A stretch of DNA of 64,000 bases, taken from Octopus vulgaris (taxonomy: Eukaryota). The stretch lies in NCBI GenBank assembly GCA_951406725.2, contig OX597826.1:16554001-16618000 (forward strand). The letters are read 5' to 3'. Under the pieces are notes generated by a model. That model did no database searches, had not been told where the DNA came from, and saw only the letters and a list, made by a program, of their open reading frames with translations. Below are positions 1 through 12,960 of the stretch, one piece after another. A program made the translations under genes and the position numbers. How positions within the stretch are numbered: position 1 is the first letter of the stretch; every line of letters begins with the position of its first letter.

Positions 1-48
1 ATATATACATATATACATACATACATACATATATACATATATACATAT

Positions 49-79
<31 letters not shown>

Positions 80-190
80 CATACATACATACGTACGTAC
101 GTACGAACATACATACATACATACAACATACATACACACACATACATACATACATACACATACATACATACATACATACATGCATACGTA
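1..190. repeat. (CATA)n microsatellite
   Basis: Imperfect CATA/TACA tandem array. Confidence 0.95.
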
Positions 191-192
191 TA

Positions 193-2323
193 TAGGCATA
201 CTTCACCCTAAGTTATTAATTGGTTCCAGGAGACACGACTTAAATTGCATTGATTCATCTCCAGGCTAGCTTGAGTCGAAATTACTTGTCTCTAGGCTAA
301 ACCGATAATGACCATTCCCAGTTTTGTACTTTATTCATGAATGCATTTTCAATAATACATGGGTGATAAAAACCTATTTTAAGCTTACAAACAAATAAGT
401 TTAATTTTTTAATACAGTAGAGTAAAATAATAATAATCTAAATTTACGATTACAGTTTGGAGGTGTTTACCGTACATCGCGGGCGCTTTATTTATGAATG
501 CGGTTTGCAAGAAGACATGGCAAAAGAAAAGTATTTTTTAAGCTTGAAAAACAAATTCAGTAATTATCATTATTTTGCAATAGTAAAAAAAAAGTTGTTT
601 TAAATTTACCAATACGCACATATAATGTGATGGTTTGATATCGCGGATATATATGGCTGTGGATCGTCAACATCAACAGCCGACTCTGGCTGTTCTCGTT
701 GTTCGATGCGCTTAAAGAAAACCCGTTGAGAGTTCCTGAACTACCTTCTTCTGTTCCTCAAGAATTACATTCTAAGGAGCAAAAGCTATGAGGCATGCCG
801 CCATAATCTTGGGAGAGCGTTGAACATAGAAATACCTTTTTCAATATATGCAAATGGTTGTTGCATTTTCTTAATGATAAAGTGATGTGGTTCATGTTCG
901 ACTTCCTATTCTTCTTTATTTTGCTTCTCGTGAAGCTCTCTCGAAACCTCTTTCGTTAGGGGTTGCTTGTCTTTTTAAATAAATTTGTGAAATCCTACTC
1001 CTCCTAATTCATTTCCATTTCTTTGCCCGTAGTCACCAACGTTTTGTTGATGGTAATGTTACCAAACCCCTTAAAATCATTCACGAATTGTGGCCAGAGG
1101 TTCTTCAATACACCATTCATAGCCGTGCTCGGTGCATCATTCCATGCCACTGCTATGTTCTGTACAGCCTTGTAGGTACCATATCTCTTCCCAAAGTCAC
1201 GAAGTGTGATGGACCCATCACGATCGCCTGCAGCTATTGCTTGCCGCAGTGTACGCTTCATACAGTAACGGTTGAATATAGCAATTATTCCCTAATCCAT
1301 TGGCTTTTGAATTAGCCATCCATATAAGAGGGTGAGTACGTTGGATACGTTCTTCAGGGCACGGGATTCGTGTGCATGATACACAAGCAATGGCTTTAAC
1401 TTAAAATCTCCTGCACAATGACCTCCCGACATAATTGCCACACATTCTTTTGAAACCTTGTAGCCTGGAATAGTTCTCTCCTCCTTGGAAATGAATGAAC
1501 GGTCTGGCAATTCTTTCCAGTACAGTCCAGTTTCGTTTACGTTTAAAATCTCTACAGGAAGAAACCCGTTTGCTTTGAGATCTACATCTTTCTCATTTGG
1601 ATATTTTTTCTTCAGTTCCTCAAACAAAGACAACGCTTTCTCTAGAATTATTTCTTGACTAATAGTAGTACGCCAACGATTCAATTTAACAATCCAAAGA
1701 GAAAGATGACTTTCCATTTCTTCAAAGATTTTGTCTCTTTTCTTACTGAGGTCAGTGTTCTTTATCCCCGAGGTTTCAGATTTGATATGTGCTAAAATCC
1801 TGTTCTTATTATGTACAATCGTGGATACAGTTGTCCGACTCATCCCAAATAGCGTTTTATCATAGCCATTTTATCTTCCAGCCTTATAGCATGACGTTTA
1901 GCAGTTTCCCTATGAATTTTCTCAAGAGCCATGGGGATAAAAAATAATGTCACGAATGAAGGAGATTGAGAAAGTAGCAGACGTAAACAAATCTGAATGC
2001 AAAACAATCGCGGGAATCACAACGTGACGACTTCTGACGGTAGATATTGGAACTAGAATGCCATATGAGCTCCGAAAGACCGACAAATAAGATTACACAG
2101 CTGATTTCGTTCACTAAGCTACACTACTTTATGGTGCATATGTTAATATTTACTGAACGTATTTTAATACGATTTCATGTGCTTTTAATTTTATTTATTG
2201 TAGAGTGACATGATTTTATGTGCTTTTAACGTTTTTCTAGTGACATTTCGATTCCAAAATTTGTGGTAGAAAGACGTAAAGTATAATCTAAAACGACTTC
2301 TTAAATAGAAACGACCTGAGTCG

Positions 2324-2330
<7 letters not shown>
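193..2330 (-). mobile_element. Tigger/pogo-family DNA transposon, degenerate
   Basis: ORF 1292-1843 has CENP-B-like HTH and NETGLYWKELPDRSFISKEE...GDFKLKPLLVYH, matching TIGD1-type transposases. ORF 1004-1261 matches their C-terminus (AWN...MNGVLKNLWPQFVNDFKGF). Ends resemble Tigger TIRs (taggcatac at 193; gtcgaggtata at 2320-2330). Confidence 0.88.
1004..1843 (-). pseudogene. Broken pogo/Tigger DDE transposase
   Basis: Two collinear ORF fragments with internal deletions. The first catalytic D (DETG) reads NETG. Confidence 0.85.
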
Positions 2331-2373
<43 letters not shown>

Positions 2374-2385
2374 TATATACTCATA

Positions 2386-2474
<89 letters not shown>

Positions 2475-2482
2475 GTGTGTGT
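2327..2482. repeat. (TA)n + (TG)n microsatellite
   Basis: Direct inspection. Confidence 0.95.
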
Positions 2483-2779
2483 ATTTATTAACAATAATTA
2501 TAATGATGTAGAATATGGAGTCTTATGCATCCTCAAAATTTATTTCCTCTTATATTACAATTTTATACAGTATATTATTATACCTACAAACGGATCAGAC
2601 TTCAGTTTCAAAATAACATCCACCGCCACCCAACAATAACTAGCAAAGAATTAACTCTATTCACTTCGCTTTGAAACTAACCATATGGATAGGCCCTGAA
2701 GAAGCTGCACCGAAAATCGTACCATGTTGCAGCAGGTTACCCGTAATATATCCTTTGGAAACAAGTGTAGGTCACAAGG

Positions 2780-3800
2780 ACCATACTAATATGCTATGGG
2801 AAATTATAATATAAGAGGAAATATATCTTGAAGATGAACGAGTTTACATATTCTATATCGTTATAATTAATGCTAATATATACTCCAGACAATATTACCG
2901 TCCAGTGAAACGGACACGGAATTAACCATCGGAGGAATTCATAGAGTGACAGACAATTAATTGTAATCACAGACGTTAAATACTGATCGATATGGTTAGC
3001 CTTAACCTTGATCTTAACTAAGGGGTTTTTGATCTATTCGAAAAGAACGATTTTGCCAAAACATTAATAGCCTATAAATTATCAGAATATTAGACATGAG
3101 ATACAAATACCAGTATGGAATAGACCAGTTAAGAGTTACTGATAGCACTCAAAACAGACTGTTTTCGGATGCCTATAATTTGTCTTGTCTACAAAATCAC
3201 ATTTACTTATTTTCACATCTCTTGAATGCAACCTATAGACCTGCCTACCATGCCGATATGAGTACAGTGAATGACCAGATTTCATTCCGAAAGGCATGTC
3301 AAGCAAGGGTACTTTTGGTAGGGGAGGAGCACCTCTTCCATAGAATTAAACCATTGTTCAATCATCATCAATCTTCAGAAATATCAGGACAGCTGTTATA
3401 TTATGTTACACGACTTGACCGGATAATCTATTTGAACAGTTTTGCTTTCTGCTCTCAGGAGATTATCTAGTGGTGCATCAAGAGCTTGCGAACTCGAGTG
3501 ACCACATTTATAACCACACCCTGTTTTGTATTAAGGTAAATTTTCGATGTGGGAGGAAAAGAGGCTCACAACATATGGTGAAACTTACTCTGATGTTGGA
3601 AGCTAGCGCGCATGAATCATGCGAAAGAATATATGAAATGTATTGTATAACACAATCATTAAATTTACTTCCGAATTAAAAAGCTTGACAGAATTCATGT
3701 ATAACCAGACGAACACTCTGGATAATGTAGTAAATCAGTAACTCCGAATACCAATTTCTGCAAATGCTTGAGGCCAACTAGATTCTTTAATCAGCTAATG
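2780..3800 (+). mobile_element. Highly decayed piggyBac-like transposase fossil
   Basis: Scattered collinear peptide remnants: STVNDQISFRKAC (cf. TVDEQL.PFRGRC), YNQT-NTLDNVV (cf. YN.TKGGVDTLD), PTRFFNQLM (cf. WP.RFF). Many stops; no TTAA/TIR ends identified. Confidence 0.45.
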
Positions 3801-5849
3801 TTCTTCAAAAATACGTGAACTTCTCTCAATCATCGACATACACTGTAAACTATTGACATTTCCTTGTAAGAAATCGATATCCAATTTTCAGAAATTAGGA
3901 ATAATTTAAAGAAAAGAAAAAAAATGACCAATATCCTCAACTTTTAACATTGCTAAACATCAAAGTCGTAAAGGAAAAGAAAAGATAGAATTGTGTTTTG
4001 TTTCCAAATTGTAACTGTTGTTCATTATTCTGTATTTAAACACTTTTTAACGATTCATTGTTATTTAATAATTTCGTTGTTTCTTTAGCCTCGCCTAGAC
4101 ACATTAGAAATGATTTTCCTTAGCAAAGAATGTATGAAAACTGCATTTACACTCTACACAACCATTAAGTTTGAAAACTTTAAAACAATAAATACAAATG
4201 TTATGAATACAAAGATTTTAAACATCATTTCAGTTAATTTTTATTGCTTTCTTACTTCGTTCCAGATTATTTCCCCTAATAAAACTGTCATTTCTTGAGA
4301 TAAACATCAATAAAAAAGTTTTAAAATTTGACAGACGTATAATTTTAATAAGGTCACGTAAATAGAGAAAATTGCTAAAGCAAAATTATGTACTTCATTA
4401 GACGTTGTTCTGTTGGTTTAGCGAACGTGTGAGTGTTTAATAATTATATCAGTTTAAGTCTTGGGAAACAAATACAACATATTTAAATAACACATTTAGA
4501 TACTGTTTTGAGATTTAGGGAAACTTTAAAATTAAAGTTAAGCTACTCATTAACATTTGCTCTAATAATTGCAAAACAATAGCCTAAGCCAGTAGGTCTC
4601 AAACCTGACTCCACCTTGGCACCCACGTTACATTCCTAACACCCCACCACACACACACATACATACATACGTATGTACGTACGTACATACAAACATACAT
4701 ACATACATATATACATACATACATAGACACACACTTATCACCACAAGCATAGATACCTTCTCAAATGCAAAGCAATTGTATTTCACAAATAAAACTTAAT
4801 CTAATCAACCCATTATTTTACTGTTTTTAGAATATGACAGACTAAATTTACATCCCATATTTAACTACGTTATTTTCATATTTTCAGTGCGACGGCTGTA
4901 TATTGTGTAGGGGTATCAGCTTCTCGACACCTAACTGAAAGATACTAAAATGTAGCCTTAGATCTTTTAGCGTTCAATAATTTTCAGACTATTTCTTTGT
5001 TCAGAAAGAATCTGGGCTACTGCAATAGAATCCGGCTCTAGAAAATATATTGAGAAGACAGTAAAGTACAACTTGTCTTCGTTTCACAGTGCAGAGTAGC
5101 AATCAGAAAGGTCATCTTGAAATCAAAAATCCTAACATGATGTTGTTAACTTTGACCTCAGCTCAATTCATTTTAATGTGAAGCCAATTCTTCCACCACG
5201 TTTCTTGGTTCCGAATTACTGATATCTACGAATCAACTATACTGGTATTGTAATCGAAAATAATATCGACAATTTTTTTTTTAAAAAGGGATTAGAAATT
5301 TTCAGGCAGTATCCCTTTGACAGACATTGAACTATTGAGTGCAATAAAAAAAATCGCTTGTATTAACCAGATGTTGCCTGTGTATTGTAGTGCACGCTGT
5401 AAACAAGTTAGGTATAACCTTTACAATAAACTTAGAAGTTGCGATAACAACCTACCACCGATGGTCTCCAATCTATTGTTCAAACACGAAAAACCGACCA
5501 CTCTTTCGTATTTCTTTCTAGTTGTCTTACAAGTGATAGCTTTTGAACCAAACTTTAATGTTTCACGAAGAAAACATAAATAAAAACATACTTTTATTGC
5601 TTGCTAAAGGGGACTAATTTGACTAAAAGCTTAGTTTGGTTGTTCTAAGTATGTTGCACAATATATCTTCTATGTTATTTGATATTTTAAAACATTTATA
5701 CTATCAACTTTTAAAGAAAGTCTTCTGCTTCTTTTTAATTTTCGCAATTAAAATCCTGAAAATAAAACGCAAGATGCCTTTTTCCAATTTTTTTTCTGTA
5801 AGACAAAGGATTATAATCGTTACAATATGTGGAATACAACGTAATGAAA

Positions 5850-6425
5850 AGAAATAAAACAAAAATGGTGGCATGTGTTCCAAGGGTACGATGAGTGGAT
5901 GGGTAAACGTTTAAAATATCACGGATTAAAAAGTTTTAAAGAAGATCCGCCAGCGAGTTTTTTTAAACGTGCGATATTATAAATTGTAGAAAACTTCTGT
6001 AAGGAAAGAGGAATTCCGATTTATATAAGGCAGCTATTCCGAAAGTACTACAAATAAAATTCCAATGTCTTTTTTTTTTATTCATTACGTCAGAATTTCT
6101 AAAACATAAATTTGAAAAGATTTTGGAAAACGCCGAAATGAAAATAACAACCGGTGAACTCAGCTTTGAACTTCAAGATAATGTGTACTCCACAAATTCG
6201 AAAAAAACATTATAGTTATTCATATTTAAAGTAGCTGTTGTTTTAACAAATACATGTGCGTTGTGTCAGATATTTATTTGTGGAAACAAATGAACAACGA
6301 CAAATTCTGCTTAATATCATATTCAGAAAATGCGTTGAAATGGTTGCAGTTCTTTACTTAGAAGAACAGTCAAAATATGAATTTATGAAAGATATAATTT
6401 CTACTCTTGCTGTTAAAAAGAAATT
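5850..6425 (+). mobile_element. Possible hAT (ZMYM1-like) transposase C-terminal fossil
   Basis: AVLYLEEQ...DIISTLAVKK resembles the hAT dimerisation-domain end (LA.L.IE...II..FA.KK). Otherwise eroded. Confidence 0.3.
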
Positions 6426-6449
6426 ATTTGTTTACTTATCAATCAATAT

Positions 6450-6461
6450 CTCTCCCCTCTC

Positions 6462-6504
<43 letters not shown>

Positions 6505-6511
6505 GTACATC

Positions 6512-6579
<68 letters not shown>

Positions 6580-6590
6580 TTAATCTATCT
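6450..6590. repeat. (CT)n/(TA)n/(TATC)n compound microsatellite
   Basis: Direct inspection. Confidence 0.95.
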
Positions 6591-6591
6591 A

Positions 6592-7864
6592 ACAGGCTGA
6601 GTAAAAAGTAAGCAACGTTTTGAAACACGAAATTCATCACAATATATTTCAACAATGCGGAAGTTTTATTCATCAAAGTAAGTACCGTTACAATGAACAC
6701 ACTTTTGCCAACGCGTTGCAAATTTGTTTATTCAGTTAACGTAAAAATCTAGAGTTTTGGAGCTGATGAACTCTTGCAACGAACTTTCAGCATCGGTTTG
6801 ATTTTTGAATTCCTTCTCTCCCAAAAAAACCATCAATATGCTTGAAACGGTGGTAGTCGGTAGGAGAAAGGTCTGGTGAATAAACTGGGTGGGGAAGAAC
6901 TTCATAGATAAGGTCCCTCAACGCCTTGAGTGTCATTAGTGAAATATGTGATCGAGCATTGTCATGAAGACTGGTTTTTACCTCTTCTGTTGATTAGTCT
7001 CTGATGAGTATGAGATTTTCGAGCAACTTGGCAATTTCATGGCAAAATGTTTCTGCAGTAATGGTTTTACAGGGTTTTCAGAAGTTATAGTGTATGAATG
7101 CAGCAGCAAATCACACAACCAGTCACCATAACCTTCTTCTTGAAGAACTCGGATTTACGGAAGGTTTTCGGTGTTTTATCTTGGTCCAACCACTACGTTC
7201 TTTTATTATTATACAGAATCCACTTTTCATCGCAAGTTACTATACAGCCCACAAATGGATCAGTCTCGTTTTGGAGAGAAGCGACAAGAAAATTTCATAT
7301 CTGGGCATATTCTGATTTTCTTTCAAATTATGTGGTACACACTTGTCGAGCTTTTTTGATTTTCCGAACGCATGCAAATGGTTGCAGGCAGTTGTCTGGC
7401 TAACTTGAAATTCTTTTGCCAGTTCTCGAGTGGTTTTACATGGATCTTTTTCTTTGACGGTCTTTAATTGACTGTCATCGATGATAGATGCGCATCCGCT
7501 ACGCTCAGGTACCTCAAGGCTCAGATCTCCACTGCGTAAGTGTTTAAACCAATTTCGCCCTGACCATTCACTGGTCATTTCTTCACTAAGCGTTTCGTTT
7601 ATATCGCGAGTAGTTTCAGCTGCTTTATGTCCGTTTTTGAAGTTGAATAGCGAAATTGCTCGAATGTCGCCTTTTGACAGTTCCATTTCAGATTGTTACA
7701 ACGGTGAAAAAATATCAATATTAATTTATTAATGCATTCGAGCAAGTCTATGTCTGTCTTATCAGGCAATTAAAAAACGTATAAAAATAATAATTCAAGA
7801 CTGCAAAAAATCCGTTACAATTTCATCATGGTGCAAAACGTTGCTTAATTTTTACTCAATCTCA
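6592..7864 (-). mobile_element. Near full-length mariner element (about 1.27 kb)
   Basis: TIR core tgagtaaaaa(g/t)taagcaacgttttg at about 6598-6622 and inverted at about 7833-7858; TA at both flanks. Transposase N-terminus (ORF 7240-7686, CVPHNL for WVPHEL) and HPVYSPDLSPTDYH at about 6850-6895. Confidence 0.93.
6650..7686 (-). pseudogene. Mariner transposase, frameshifted
   Basis: Mos1/SETMAR-like HTH region and YSPDL motif, with the reading frame broken between them. Confidence 0.88.
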
Positions 7865-7865
7865 T

Positions 7866-7903
7866 ATCTACCTATCTACCTATCTTTGTGTGTGTATATA
7901 TAT

Positions 7904-7936
<33 letters not shown>

Positions 7937-7942
7937 TACACA

Positions 7943-8015
<73 letters not shown>
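7866..8015. repeat. (CA)n/(TA)n microsatellite
   Basis: Direct inspection. Confidence 0.95.
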
Positions 8016-8101
8016 GACGTAGTGGTTAAGAGCGCGGCCTACTAACCACAAGATTCCGAGTTCGATTCCAGGCAGTGACCTGAATAATAATAATAATAAT
8101 G

Positions 8102-8155
<54 letters not shown>

Positions 8156-8365
8156 GTAATCATAATAATAATAATCATAATAATAATAATTATTATTATT
8201 ATTATTATAATAATAATAAGAAAACAAGAAGAAGAAAAACTTAGGAGGGAGAACCCTGCTTCGAAATTTCTCCAAGACACCTGATGAATGCTGGAGGGTC
8301 TATTAGCGGAAACGTTGTGTTAACAACAAGCAAGATGTTAACAACAAGCAAAATGTAAATAATGT
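8016..8365 (+). mobile_element. tRNA-derived SINE-like element with internal (AAT)n and a 3' hammerhead-like motif
   Basis: Pol III A-box-like tagtggttaag (8020-8030), B-box gagttcgattcc (8058-8069), (AAT)n 8083-8219, then the motif at 8276-8321. Confidence 0.7.
8276..8321 (+). ncRNA. Minimal type I hammerhead ribozyme-like motif
   Basis: gacac-CTGATGA-a-tgctg[loop]tagcg-GAAA-cg-TT-gtgtt. Canonical core, 5-bp stem I, 5-bp stem II, palindromic AACGTT stem III. Confidence 0.65.
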
Positions 8366-8369
8366 ACTT

Positions 8370-8662
8370 GACTGATGATCGTCAGGTTGTGAGTTGGGTC
8401 TTCTGGCGATGCATTGTGTCCTTGAGCAAGATGTTTTATTTCACATTGCTCTAGTTCATTCAGCTGACAAAAATGAGTAGTATCGTTATTTGAAATGGTC
8501 AGCCTTGTCACACTCTGTGTCACGTGGAATCTCTCTGAGAAGTACATTAAGGTTAGATGTATCTGCAGTGTGGTCAGTCACTTGTACGTGAATTTCACGA
8601 GCGACCTGAGCCGTTGATTGGATCGACTGGAACACTTTTTTGTTGTGTTCTAACCGACGGAA
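8370..8662 (+). mobile_element. SINE (head type D + tail type X), 5'-truncated
   Basis: CORE-like gtgtccttgagcaag. The 3' half (agccttgtcacactctgtgtcac...taaccgacgga) aligns with the tail of the SINE at 17646-18030. Confidence 0.75.
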
Positions 8663-8671
8663 TATCATTAT

Positions 8672-8878
<207 letters not shown>

Positions 8879-8891
8879 TGATAGGTAGATA

Positions 8892-9085
8892 TTCTTTAAC
8901 TTGTATCAGTCATTTGGCTGCAGGCATGCTGCAGCACCGCTTTAATCGAACAAAAGGACCCCGTATCATAGTACTTTTAAAAGCCTATTACTTATTTTAT
9001 CGGTCACTTTTGCCGAACCGCTAGGTTACGAGGACGTAAACACAAAAGCATGGATTGTGAAACTATGGTGGGGGGACAAGCACAC

Positions 9086-9116
<31 letters not shown>

Positions 9117-9246
9117 ATGTGCAATCACAAGGCTTTGGTCGGCCCGTGGTTATAGTAGAAATTACTTGCCCGAGGTGCCACGCAGTTGGACTGAACTCGG
9201 ACCGGAGCCATGTGGTTTGCAGGCAACCTCCTTACCACACAGCTCC
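8892..9246 (-). mobile_element. SINE family A copy
   Basis: Reverse complement of the family at 35468-35886. Confidence 0.85.
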
Positions 9247-9257
9247 CCCTCCGGCGA

Positions 9258-10034
9258 CTGATCAATGAATATCCAGACTGTTGCCATAGTAAAGAAGAGT
9301 GAAGCCGCTTGGTAAAGATTGACCTTGATCTCTGCTATACATGCACACCAAGTTTTCACGTACAAGCTCACTCACAGTGGTGATTGGAAGTAGAGAGTGT
9401 AACGTGTGATCTTCGCATTGACCATGACAAAAATAATTGTTATGGTGATGCCTGCTCAGTGGTCAACGCAAACTTGTAGCAAGTGTATGGAGAGGAGTAT
9501 ATGAATCGCACACACGTGTACGAATTTTTCAGACGTTTCCAAGATGACTGAAAAAATGTCATAATGACGAACGTTCTGGGAAACCCGCAACCAGCAGAAC
9601 TGAGAAAAACATCGCAGATGTGCACGCAGCTCTGAGGGGAAATCGTTGAACCCGCGGGTTATCAAAGGATGTCCAGTTTAGTTACGGTTCAGTTCAGAGG
9701 ATTATCACTGAAGATTTGGATATGAGACGGGTATCTGCTAAGTTTGTGCCATAACAGTTTTCAGTGGACCAAAAAGTCACTCGGGGTTTCAGTTGCACGA
9801 AATCTCCTTGACTGTGTCAAGTATGATGCAAACTTATTGAAAGCTTTGCGTACAAATCTGAGCAGGTATTGCCAAACTGTTGGCAGAACTTAATGCAGAT
9901 TCTCTGCTCAACTTTCACCCCCATAGTCAATGTAATGATCACACGTTACACACGTTACTTTCAAGCATCTTTACTCTTTGTGCTTTAGCTTCGTTACTAT
10001 GGCAACACTCCGGACACTTATTGATCAGATTACG
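9258..10034 (+). mobile_element. Internally deleted (non-autonomous) mariner
   Basis: About 40-bp TIRs (ctgatcaat...atcc(a/g)gactgttgccatagtaa.gaag at 9258-9297; inverse at 9989-10028). Remnant peptides VYGEEYMNRTHVYEFFRRF, DERSGKPATSRT, IITEDLDMRRVSAKFVP; catalytic domain missing. Confidence 0.88.
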
Positions 10035-10170
10035 TATATACACATTTATGTATCCATATATATATATATACGCATGTTTGAATACGTAACATATTTGCAT
10101 ACACATACATATACATATACATATATGAACAGAAATAATTGTGTGTGTGCGTATGTGCGTGTGTGTATGT

Positions 10171-10216
<46 letters not shown>

Positions 10217-10676
10217 TGTGTGTCCTCAGAGTTAGCAGATTGGTTTTCCACTTAATATTCTCTGAGTATTTTGGGTAGTAGAACGACCACTGGCTTCATC
10301 GTCAACGACTGACATATATTCGTATGCTCACACATATACATTCATGCTTATGCAGACACGCTTATGCAAATATGTTACATATTCACAAACACTCACAAAC
10401 ACACACATACTTACACACACACAAACGCACGTATTTCACATAGGTATAAAAGATGATTGTCAGGGTTAAGTAGTACCTAGAACAAGTCTCCGGGGAATAC
10501 AGCTGTCAGGTAAAGAATTTTAAGAAAGGAACATGGGTTTTTCTTATGCATAAATATGTACACACACACACACACGAGTGTACACACATACACACTCATA
10601 TATAATATAATATATACAATATATATATGCATATATATATATATATATATATATACGTATATATATATATAGATAT

Positions 10677-10720
<44 letters not shown>

Positions 10721-11084
10721 TACATGTACATACTTACATATACATGTATACACATGCATAAATGGGTACAGGGTGTCATTAAACGTAAACAACATGAAAT
10801 ACGAAATAGGAAAGCATGGAATACGAAATTGTTTGCGAACAACGAAAGAAACAAATAGAAAACAAGACAAGTATCCTAAAGAACGACCCTTCATCAATTT
10901 TAGGCTGTTTATCTACTCCACATCTCGTCAATTACGTCAAGATGTGTCTTCGAGAAAACACTTGCTCCCGCACCCTTTACCATTTCACCGTTAACTGTCT
11001 GACCCTCTTTCTTTCTCACTCTTACTCTTTTATTCTCTCGTTGCTCACACGTGACCTTTGGGTATCTTTCTTTTCTTAACTTGA

Positions 11085-11710
11085 GCTGTGAGTTGTAGAA
11101 AGATGAGAAATTCAACTGCATATTCAACAGCTGCATGTTCGTCAAAGTTAGTATCGATGGGGACAAAAGTTGAAGCATCTCCAGGTAGAATGTGGTGGAG
11201 TTCATGATTTACTTTATTAACGCTTTCATTCTGAGGTGCTAAAATAGCTCTCTCTGCGAACCATGATACGCTTTTGATGTTGTCGTGCAATATGGGAAAT
11301 ACCTTTCATTTAAGCTCGACCAATGTAGGTACCATGTGCCTGCATTGCAGTACATGCTGATGCAGAGTGTTATTCAACGGTAAGGCGCCACTTCCAATGT
11401 GTAGCGGTTGATGAGGTAATTCTTCAGCTAAGCGCTCGTTGTAGAAATGAGGTCGCATATTATTGCTTAATGAAAGTTGACAAGCACACTGCCACAGATG
11501 TGAAGACTTCAGACGTGCATTCATCTCGTCAGCTCGCGTACCTCGTGGTATGACTGGTAATATTTCACAGAAATCCTCTACAAGGGCATTGTATCGACTT
11601 CAGTGCTGTACAACTGCTTTTTTGTGGGCTTTTATGGCTAGTGTAAAATCATTTGAATTTTGTGTCCCTTCTACAGCAACTTTGAGCTGTCGAATCAGAT
11701 TATTGCGCGC
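11085..11710 (-). mobile_element. Helitron PIF1-type helicase fragment
   Basis: GDFCEILPVIPRGTRADEMNARLKSSHLW...NMR and WFAERAILAPQNESVNKVN...AVEYAVEFL match Helitron RepHel helicase motifs; frameshifted. Confidence 0.88.
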
Positions 11711-12253
11711 CAAAAACATGGTCTGCGAGGCAGAAACAATGTCCTCATGCAAGGTTATTATTATCTGACAGTGTCTCCTTAACTGCTGGTGGTTGTTTCC
11801 TATAAAGTAAATTAGCAGAAATTCTACCATCACTGGATGGTGGAAGACATAGCAATTATATATATGAGACGGAAGACCTAGCAATTATATACTGAAGTTG
11901 TGATCCGTATAATTTCAATTTTTAGTAACGAATGAAGAGATGTAGAAAAATTCCTATGTCAATTTGTAATCCGTTATGAGAAGAAACGGTAAACTCTCAA
12001 TGATTTGGCTTTGTTCTGTGTTGATAAACGTAATGTATTCTGTTAGCTGATATACAGTAGAGTGGATTACTGGCGTAATAAAAGTCATTATTTGTCCAGA
12101 AGTGAAGTGGGGATGGTACCATTTGCATGAAAGTAATTAATGTTTTTAGGAAGGATCACAGACTATGTACAGTTTCATCGAAAAAAAGGAGTTTAATATG
12201 ATTTTGCCCAGAAATCACGCTTTCAAAATTATAATTCCCCATACCCATCGAAA

Positions 12254-12468
12254 TTTCCTCTAAGATATATCATATCACGACTAAGTTTCCCTTAATATAT
12301 CTCTCAGAAATAGCAACATTTTCACCAAAACTACAGCATTTTTGCTGATCCATTAAACTCTGCATTTAGAATTCATTGGAAAAACTATGTCTACCATGTT
12401 TTATATAACCAAGTTTCATTTTCAGCTACACGTCTCAACACCGATTCCAAAACATTATATATTCTCGA
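12254..12468 (+). repeat. Left copy of a 215-bp inverted repeat pair
   Basis: Near-identical reverse complement at 15527-15741. Confidence 0.9.
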
Positions 12469-12907
12469 ATTGCCGCATGGAAAAATAGAGATAACGAATC
12501 TGGGAAATATAATTTGTTTTGGAAAGTTTAATTTTTCTGAAAGAAATACTGAATGCCCCTTCCCCAACCTCGGCCACCTATCAGCTACCCATTTGTAGTG
12601 AAATACAAATATCCTATATGGAAAACATAGGAACGTGAGTAAATTGAGGAAAGAAATAAGGTGGAGGGGTACGCAAATATCATCTCAGACATGCTAGAAC
12701 CAACAGGTAAAAGACAGGATTTTTGAGATAACTTCATTGTAAGTTTAAATGGAAGATCAGGTCTTGAAATACGATCATCACAAACAGGAATGACAGAATA
12801 AGAAAATACGATTTCAGATGCAGTTTAGGGCACGGCAAGGAATAATATAATTCACACAGAAATTCAAATCTGTGTGTGTGTCTGTGAGTGTGTGAGTGTG
12901 TGTGTTT

Positions 12908-12960
<53 letters not shown>

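Noticed and set aside
2690-2725. CTGAAGA...GAAA motif
   Set aside because: Neither stem I nor stem II pairs.
4589-4935. Possible hAT/Charlie MITE starting cagtaggtctcaaac
   Set aside because: No convincing matching right TIR or 8-bp TSD.
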